The position numbers and the translations under genes were made by a program. 32,000 nt of DNA. It comes from Acaryochloris marina S15. Lineage in GTDB: Bacteria > Cyanobacteriota > Cyanobacteriia > Thermosynechococcales > Thermosynechococcaceae. Shown in pieces: positions 18,419 to 25,406 of the stretch. Under the pieces are notes generated by a model. It was not told where the DNA came from. It saw nothing but the letters and a program-made list of their open reading frames with translations, and did not search any database. The stretch's first letter is position 1; each line of letters opens with the position of its first letter. The stretch covers positions 4,320,001-4,352,000 of the forward strand of contig NZ_CP064923.1 of the NCBI RefSeq assembly GCF_018336915.1, written 5' to 3'.

Positions 18419-21400
18419 TGGGACTCAATTCCTAACGATTCTGCAGTAATGGGTAGTTTGACGATAAAAGTTGTTCCTTGACTAGCAATACTCTCAAAGG
18501 TGATCGTCCCTTGGTGAAGCTCTACAGACTTTTTAACAATTGCTAGCCCTAGTCCAGTTCCTTGTATCTGACCAACATTTGTGGCGCGTTGGAAAGATTC
18601 AAAAAGATGTGGTTGATCAGATTCAGGAATACCAATTCCCTGATCCTTAATCAAAAATATAACCTCATCATTAGAGAAAGTTACAGTAAAACAAACGATA
18701 GAACTTTCTGGAGAGTATTTAATTGCATTAGAAAGCAAATTACTTAGGATTTGTCTCAGTATCTTTTCATCTGAGAAGCAAGTAGTTTGTTTTCCTTCTA
18801 AAACATATTCAATGTTTTGACCACGCTTAGTATTCAACTGAAACTCTTCAACTAAGCTACTACAAAAAACTGTGAGATCTATAGATACGGGGTTAAACTC
18901 TGTCTTACCTACATCTGCTTTACTAAGGACTAAGACATCATCTAGTAGCCCAGTCATATGTTTCACATTTCTCTGTATACGGTCAAGATAAGAATGCTGC
19001 TTCTCCGTTTCCCATCCCTGACCATAATGTTTTATCAATTCCGTCGTCCCCAAAATTGCTGTTAATGGTGTACGAAATTCATGAGATGTCATAGAAATAA
19101 AACGAGATTTCAACTCATTGATTTCTCGTTCAGCTTGTTCTCTAGCTTGTGACTTCTGTAAATCTTCATAGAGATATGCATTTTCCAGAGAAATAGCTGC
19201 TTGTGTACATAGAATTTTCAGTATTTCAAGATGATCATTTCTAAAAGAGTCATAAGCTGCATTATTCTCCATATAAACCATCCCTACTACAGATGCTTGA
19301 TTAACTAAAGGAATACAAAGTAAAGACTTGACAGACTTATCAACAAAATATTCATCATTAAAAAAAACAGATTCATTTGAAGAAGTGCTTAATACTATAG
19401 ATTTTGAAGTGCGGCCAACATAATTAATTATTGACAATGGCAAAACACTGCTATCACACAAACTCACAGATTCTCTAATTGATATTTTATTATCGACAGA
19501 AGATGCTTCCAACAAATAATTATCTTCTCTTTTTATAATCAAAAAACCAATTTGTGCCCCTGCATTCAGCATTAATACTTTAATCATTTTTTCAAGAAGA
19601 TTCTCAAGTACAATCTCTTCTGAAATTGTTTGAGAGGCCTTTAGTATAGATGCTAAATCTAGATCAGTAAGACTAGAAGTAGTAGACAATAAATTCTTAG
19701 CTGATTGAGGCTTTAAAAAAAGATTGCTATTAGAATTATCATTAAAAATCGTAGAATAAAGCTTTTGTAAATGTTTCAATTTAGCAAAAGCTCCCCAGTT
19801 AAAATATGTATAATATGCTTCTGTTATATACAGTTCTCCTATCTTATTTCTTTCTAATGAAAAGTAATATTCTGCTGCTAATTCATAAGCGATTGCTTCT
19901 TCATATTGAAAGCAAGTCTTGTTAACAGCTTTCAGAGCTTTTTCATATAAGTCAGATGCTTTATTATCACCTAGAACTCTTAAAATCTCAGCTTTAACTA
20001 AAAAATATTTATGCAAACAGTTACTAGGAGAATTTTTTGACCAGACTTTCAGCTTATCAAGGTTAATATTTGCTTGTCGAAGTACACTTGACTTTGACTT
20101 ACTGTCTACAGTTTTCAATAAAGCTAAAGCATATATGAAAACATATAAAGGAATATAAGCTATGCCAAGTGCAGTTTCCTCTATTTCAGATGAATACTTA
20201 GAATACTTTAATGAAGTACTATAATCATGAAAAATAAAAGACAAAAAAGATTTTGATAAATAAACAGAAAATATCGCTACATTATTTTTCGCATTAACTA
20301 TTGCTGGAAAATCAACATTCTCATTAAAGCTGTCCCCTTCTAAAAGACAACATTCTTTCTCTTTAAAGGCAAGGTTTACTGCTACTTGCTTCCATAACTT
20401 TGCATGAATTAATTGAAATTCTTGTTTTTGCTTTGAGATCAGTTCGATATAATTAGTATGTTCATTAACAACATTACTAATGTTTTCTCCAGCTAAAAAT
20501 AAATAGCTACAATAAAATGAAGCGCAATGGCATGCATTTTCAGTATCGCCAAATGATAAGCCATAATTTATTCCTTCTTGAAGAGGGGAAAGTGAATGAG
20601 TGATATCTTCACACCAATGCCTGATAAAAACATTAAAAACCAGAAAGATTTTTGAGAACTGATCTTTAGCTCCTAACTGTTTAGCTATCTCAATAGCAAC
20701 CTGACCAAATTGATAGCCACTTACCATTTGATTAAGCTTTCCACATAGAATAACTCCATAGCTAGCATATGCAAAGCTAGATAAACTAGAATTCCCATAC
20801 TTTAGAGATATATCGACCATCCTAAATATTACTAAAGGGAATAATTTTGGTGAATAGATAAAAATCGCAGGTACTACATTAGTTAAAATTCTCATCGCTG
20901 ATAGATATTGCTTATTATCCATCTTCTTAATTAGTAAAAGTTGAGATGGCTTTCCGGCTAACATTAGTTTTACTTTAATAAGCAATAAATTTATCAAAAT
21001 TATAAATTCGGATTCATTCTTGGAAAATTTTACATTAATCTTTTCAAGAAATTCAAATGCTTTTCTAATTGCTATATCCATCCTATTTTGAGCAATATCT
21101 GAAAGCACTTGAATTTCAACAATTTTAGCTATATCTAATACATTATTCGAAGATTCAATTACTTTGGTAGAATATTCTTCAACTTTTTCATAGTCTGTCG
21201 ATAAATATGCAGACTCAACAAATTCAGTATAAATTTCAAGAAAGAGAGAATAACAATTATCCCAAGAGTAATCAGACAAAAAATCCAAACTGATTTGAAA
21301 ATATATATTCGCAGCTTCATATGAGGTTGATTCTTTTGCTTTCTTGCCAGCAATTAAATTAAGCTCAGAAAGATATAGCCTATTAATATCTTCATCTACT

Positions 21401-23637
21401 AATGAGACACCATAATTCAATTGATTCACTATATCGAAGATATATGTACTTAAGTCATCTTTCCTCAAATGATTCAATAGGATTTTTCCTATCTTGTAAT
21501 GAGTTAGTTTTGTTTTAGAAGAAGAAACTGAAGTATAAGCAGCTTGCTGCACCCGATCATGCAAGAATTGGTATTCTACATTCTCTACATCTTCTTGCTT
21601 AAATCTAGAAGGTAGATTATTTATAACCAGTGCTAGCTTATACGACTTACTAACCGGCAATATCAATCCACTCTGTAACGCTGGCCATAGCTTTACAACA
21701 ACATCTTTTGGTTGAGAAGAAGAGACAACTGACAGAAAATTTAAATCAAATTTATTGCCTATACATGATGCAAGATATAAGAGATTTTGAGTATCAGTAG
21801 GAAGTTGAAAAATGCTATTTTGCATCAACTCAACTATACTTAGACTAACAAGGTCAAGGTTTTGAACTTTGTTTTCATAGAAACTCCATTTCCCTTCATT
21901 AAAATCGAACTTAATTACTTTTTTTTCATAAAAAATCTTAATTAGCTGACTAATATGAAAAGGATTACCTTTTGACATATCAAATATGATTTTAACTAAT
22001 GGCTCAACGGAAGAATAAGTAAGGTCAAAAGTATCTTCAATAATCTCTTTAACATATTCATTCCCTAAACTTTTTATATTTATATGCTTGATATTGATTT
22101 TTAAATTCTCTATATTTTTAATAAAAAATCTTAGGGGGTGTGTTTTAGATATTTCATTATCTCGATAAGATAAGATCATTAAAAGATGACTATCAGAAGC
22201 ATCTACAAGCAATTCCTCTAAGAACTTAATTGAAGAGAAATCGAACCATTGTAAATCATCTAAAAATACAACAATAGGATGTTCAGATTGTGTAAAAACA
22301 TTTACAAATTTTTTAAATACTCTTAAATACCGCTTTTGTGACTCTATAGCATTTAGCTCTTTCACTTCTGGTTGAGGCCCAATAATTAGCTCAAGATCAG
22401 GAATATTATCAATAATAATATTCGCATTTTCACTGAGTTCTTGAACAAGAATTTCTTTCCAAAAAATGATTTTATGTTCTGGTTCTGAAAGTATTTGCTG
22501 AATTAAATTCTGAAAAGCGTTTAGGATGGCTGAGTTAGGAGTATCTCTTTGAAATTGATTTTGTTTCCCCTGTACAAAATACCCTCTATTTGTGATAGCC
22601 GATTTATTTAATTCTTGAATTAGACTAGTTTTTCCTACACCTGAATAGCCACTTACAAGAACAACTTCGCCAATTCCTTGAGATATATTATCGAATGACA
22701 ATAATAGTTCACTCATCTCAAATTTTCTGCCATAAAGTTTTTGTGGCAGAAAAAATTGACTTCTCTTATCTAACTTACCTGGCACAAAACCAAGTACTAT
22801 TTCACTTCTAATATATTCATTTTTAAACCATTCTAAATCCGACTTCAAACCCAATGCACTTTGATAACGATCTTCTGCATCTTTCTCAATTAATTTCATA
22901 ATAATGTCTGATATAGGTGAAGGAATACTTTCATCTAGAACTATCGGAGCCTTCGGAGTATCAGACAAATGGGAATAAACCATTTCTAATAAGTCTATTG
23001 CTTGAAATGGGCATTGCCCTATGAGTAATTCATAGAACGTTATACCTAAAGAATAAAGGTCAGATCGATGATCAACACAGCGATTCATTCTTCCTGTTTG
23101 CTCAGGCGATATATATGCTGGAGTACCTTCTATTGAATAAGAGCTTTCATAAAATGTTACTTCTTGTGGCAAACAAGAAGCAATGCTTAGATCCGTTATT
23201 TTAACCTGCTTTGTAACTGGATTAATTAATATATTTGATGGATTTATATCTTTATGAATAATATCTTTTGAATGGAGCTCACTTACAGCTTGAGCTAATT
23301 GAGTTGATATTTCAAGAAAATCTTGTAAACCAACTGAATTATTTATAATATATTCTCGTAAAGATATAGAATCAAAATATTCCTTAATCAATAAAGTAGT
23401 ACTTTTATCACTTTCAATACCAATGACTTTTATAATATTATTTGATGAAACAGTATTTGTAACTTTATATTCATAGTGCAATCGACTTATTTCAGAAAGA
23501 GATGGATATTTAGATCTGAGCGTTTTAACAACTACTTGCTTGCCAGACTTTTTCTCAAAACCTTTATAGATAATTATTGACAGCCCACAATATAGTTGTT
23601 CTAATAGAATATATTTTCCATCATAATCTAAATGCAT
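18415..23637 (-). CDS. multidomain sensor: Ser/Thr protein kinase-like domain + P-loop (AAA_16/STAND) + long helical repeat region + GAF + HisKA/HATPase_c histidine kinase
   Basis: The 1740-aa ORF has GGAGGA 3 nt before its ATG. The kinase domain spans aa ~8-280 (VVVK38, HKD130INPSN, SPE177-179). The P-loop is GYSGVGKT (aa 330-337) and the Walker B is VVFLDD (aa 456-461). The H-box SH1519EFRTPL, N-box NLLSNAIKY, G1 DQGIGI and G2 GTGLGLAIV are all present. The gene is very AT-rich. Confidence 0.9.
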   Translation of the reverse strand: MHLDYDGKYILLEQLYCGLSIIIYKGFEKKSGKQVVVKTLRSKYPSLSEISRLHYEYKVTNTVSSNNIIKVIGIESDKSTTLLIKEYFDSISLREYIINNSVGLQDFLEISTQLAQAVSELHSKDIIHKDINPSNILINPVTKQVKITDLSIASCLPQEVTFYESSYSIEGTPAYISPEQTGRMNRCVDHRSDLYSLGITFYELLIGQCPFQAIDLLEMVYSHLSDTPKAPIVLDESIPSPISDIIMKLIEKDAEDRYQSALGLKSDLEWFKNEYIRSEIVLGFVPGKLDKRSQFFLPQKLYGRKFEMSELLLSFDNISQGIGEVVLVSGYSGVGKTSLIQELNKSAITNRGYFVQGKQNQFQRDTPNSAILNAFQNLIQQILSEPEHKIIFWKEILVQELSENANIIIDNIPDLELIIGPQPEVKELNAIESQKRYLRVFKKFVNVFTQSEHPIVVFLDDLQWFDFSSIKFLEELLVDASDSHLLMILSYRDNEISKTHPLRFFIKNIENLKINIKHINIKSLGNEYVKEIIEDTFDLTYSSVEPLVKIIFDMSKGNPFHISQLIKIFYEKKVIKFDFNEGKWSFYENKVQNLDLVSLSIVELMQNSIFQLPTDTQNLLYLASCIGNKFDLNFLSVVSSSQPKDVVVKLWPALQSGLILPVSKSYKLALVINNLPSRFKQEDVENVEYQFLHDRVQQAAYTSVSSSKTKLTHYKIGKILLNHLRKDDLSTYIFDIVNQLNYGVSLVDEDINRLYLSELNLIAGKKAKESTSYEAANIYFQISLDFLSDYSWDNCYSLFLEIYTEFVESAYLSTDYEKVEEYSTKVIESSNNVLDIAKIVEIQVLSDIAQNRMDIAIRKAFEFLEKINVKFSKNESEFIILINLLLIKVKLMLAGKPSQLLLIKKMDNKQYLSAMRILTNVVPAIFIYSPKLFPLVIFRMVDISLKYGNSSLSSFAYASYGVILCGKLNQMVSGYQFGQVAIEIAKQLGAKDQFSKIFLVFNVFIRHWCEDITHSLSPLQEGINYGLSFGDTENACHCASFYCSYLFLAGENISNVVNEHTNYIELISKQKQEFQLIHAKLWKQVAVNLAFKEKECCLLEGDSFNENVDFPAIVNAKNNVAIFSVYLSKSFLSFIFHDYSTSLKYSKYSSEIEETALGIAYIPLYVFIYALALLKTVDSKSKSSVLRQANINLDKLKVWSKNSPSNCLHKYFLVKAEILRVLGDNKASDLYEKALKAVNKTCFQYEEAIAYELAAEYYFSLERNKIGELYITEAYYTYFNWGAFAKLKHLQKLYSTIFNDNSNSNLFLKPQSAKNLLSTTSSLTDLDLASILKASQTISEEIVLENLLEKMIKVLMLNAGAQIGFLIIKREDNYLLEASSVDNKISIRESVSLCDSSVLPLSIINYVGRTSKSIVLSTSSNESVFFNDEYFVDKSVKSLLCIPLVNQASVVGMVYMENNAAYDSFRNDHLEILKILCTQAAISLENAYLYEDLQKSQAREQAEREINELKSRFISMTSHEFRTPLTAILGTTELIKHYGQGWETEKQHSYLDRIQRNVKHMTGLLDDVLVLSKADVGKTEFNPVSIDLTVFCSSLVEEFQLNTKRGQNIEYVLEGKQTTCFSDEKILRQILSNLLSNAIKYSPESSIVCFTVTFSNDEVIFLIKDQGIGIPESDQPHLFESFQRATNVGQIQGTGLGLAIVKKSVELHQGTITFESIASQGTTFIVKLPITAESLGIESH

Positions 23638-23946
23638 ATGTCCTCCAGTACTTACTCAATTACTAAATCTATTATTTAAAGATATATATTATTCCTAAAA
23701 ATATCTTTTTTCATATCTCATTCATGATTTATATATATTATCTTCTCCCATATATCATTTCATTCTTTTATTTCTTGATATCTATAGAGATCTGACGTGA
23801 GTTGTGAGACTTATATTTAACCTAAATGGACACTGGTAAAGATTTCAGCCTCTCTACATCTCACGATTGATTTCAGATTGCTATAGATCTTTAAACAGCA
23901 TCCTTCCCCTTGAATGGAATGAGTCTATTTAGCAATGGATATAAGA

Positions 23947-23955
23947 CACTCGAAG
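23947..23955. repeat. left 9-bp target-site duplication (CACTCGAAG) of MITE copy A
   Basis: The identical 9-mer recurs at 24169-24177, immediately outside the two terminal inverted repeats. Confidence 0.8.
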
Positions 23956-24168
23956 CTGACTGCCTGACATATCTCTGAAAGCCTTTTCCTCGTATGGGTT
24001 TGCACTGTAAGAATAGCAACGTTGCCTCCTAAGGCAAGAGAGTTGGTAGTACGGTTTGGTTGCGTTTGACGTGCGAACAATGCCAAAAGTTAGCCTTATA
24101 CACCCTGCTATTCAGCATCCAAAAGCCACGTATCTAAAAGCTTTGAGGCACTTATGTCAGGCAGTCAG
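23956..24168. mobile_element. MITE-like non-autonomous element, copy A (213 bp, intact ends)
   Basis: It has perfect 16-bp terminal inverted repeats: CTGACTGCCTGACATA at 23956-23971 and TATGTCAGGCAGTCAG at 24153-24168. Weaker inverted similarity extends inward. It is flanked by the 9-bp direct repeat CACTCGAAG, has no coding capacity, and has a second diverged copy about 80 bp downstream. Confidence 0.8.
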
Positions 24169-24177
24169 CACTCGAAG
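24169..24177. repeat. right 9-bp target-site duplication (CACTCGAAG) of MITE copy A
   Basis: See the left duplication at 23947-23955. Confidence 0.8.
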
Positions 24178-24249
24178 ACTTGCTGAACACCATGAATAGC
24201 TTTGATTTCGCTATTATTCTGCTGAGTTAAGGTTTTCAAATTGATGGTA

Positions 24250-24460
24250 ATCCAAGCCTGATATATATCTGAAAGCCTTTTACTTGTATGGATTTACACT
24301 GTGAGAATAGCAACGCTGCCCCCTAAGGTAAAAGAGTTGGTAATACGGTTTGGTTGTGTTTGACGTGCGAACAATGCCAAAAGTTAGCCTTATACCCTGC
24401 TATTCAGCACCCAAAAGCTATGTTTCTAAAGGCTTTAAGGTACTTATATCAAGCAGTCAG
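24250..24460. mobile_element. MITE-like element, copy B (diverged, left terminus degraded)
   Basis: It is collinear with copy A and in the same orientation. My hand alignment gives about 22 substitutions plus one 2-nt indel over about 207 aligned nt. The right end TATATCAAGCAGTCAG is recognisable. The first 6 nt (ATCCAA versus CTGACT) do not match, and I found no flanking duplication. Confidence 0.7.
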
Positions 24461-25308
24461 TATGAAAGCATCTATCGCAAACCAACCCATCAATCTTATA
24501 GATAAAATTCTTCTTACCATTTTATCTATGAGCCCCTGACAAATGCATTTTCTATCCATAGAGTTAATAACAAGTTCGTACTATCACTCTGATATCCGGT
24601 AACTATCACCATCTATCGCAACAGCATCCACAATGGATACGAACGACCATTAAGCAACCAATAACTTGCTTCACAGCATTGATCTGTTCTTAGATCTCTC
24701 AACCATCATTCTATAGGGCCATCTTAGTTTTTTTGCAAATAACTTAAATCAGCCTTGATCAACTTTGGCTCACATCAAAGCTAGATAATTTTCACATATG
24801 ATGATCCAACTATCGATTCACATAATATAAAGATATTGGCAATTCTATATTGCTCATTCTCATAGCCAATATAATCGAGTATTAAACAAAAAAAGTTTTT
24901 AAGATTTGACGTTTAAGATATAAATTTTTTTTGTTGCCTGAAAAGTCTGTATTTGAGTAAGTACAAAAGATATTTCTAAATAGAATACCTATATAAAAAC
25001 CTTATATTTCACCATATTTACATTGCAGGCTAAACATTATAGTTAATATTTTTTACAAGAAGATTAAAGCTTAACAACTTGTTACAATACTAAGAAGTAT
25101 CTACGCGTTATTACTTATATCTAGTCAATGCTCATCACTTTCAATACGTATTTTTACTGATGAATCATCAATAGTAATTAGCTTATTCTTTCATATAAGT
25201 TCTTAACTATGAGAGCCAAATAAATTTACTTATTCTTGTGTAATTGAATACAATTTTCATGAGCTATTATATCAATTTAAAAATATAAAATTCATGAAAT
25301 AGTCAGCA

Positions 25309-25324
25309 CTTAATAATTATTAAG
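25309..25324. promoter_or_regulatory. perfect 16-bp palindrome CTTAATAATTATTAAG about 83 bp upstream of the 892-aa gene (candidate operator)
   Basis: Perfect dyad symmetry was read directly from the sequence. AT-rich context raises the chance expectation, so function is unproven. Confidence 0.3.
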
Positions 25325-25406
25325 ATATTCAAGATAAATATTATTAAAAGTGAAATATATATCTTGATCTTCCATAGCCTATCTTTAACTTCAAGGGGAT
25401 TTAGAA

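Noticed and set aside
23956-24460. Possibility that the two ~210-bp repeats form a CRISPR-like or tandem satellite array
   Set aside because: There are only two copies, and the units are about 210 bp, far longer than CRISPR repeats. Each unit has terminal inverted repeats and one has a target-site duplication. This is the signature of a transposable element, not an array.
24354-24539. 61-aa plus-strand ORF in the island spacer
   Set aside because: It lies almost entirely inside MITE copy B. The corresponding frame in copy A is not conserved as an ORF, and there is no SD. It is most likely a chance ORF in repeat DNA.
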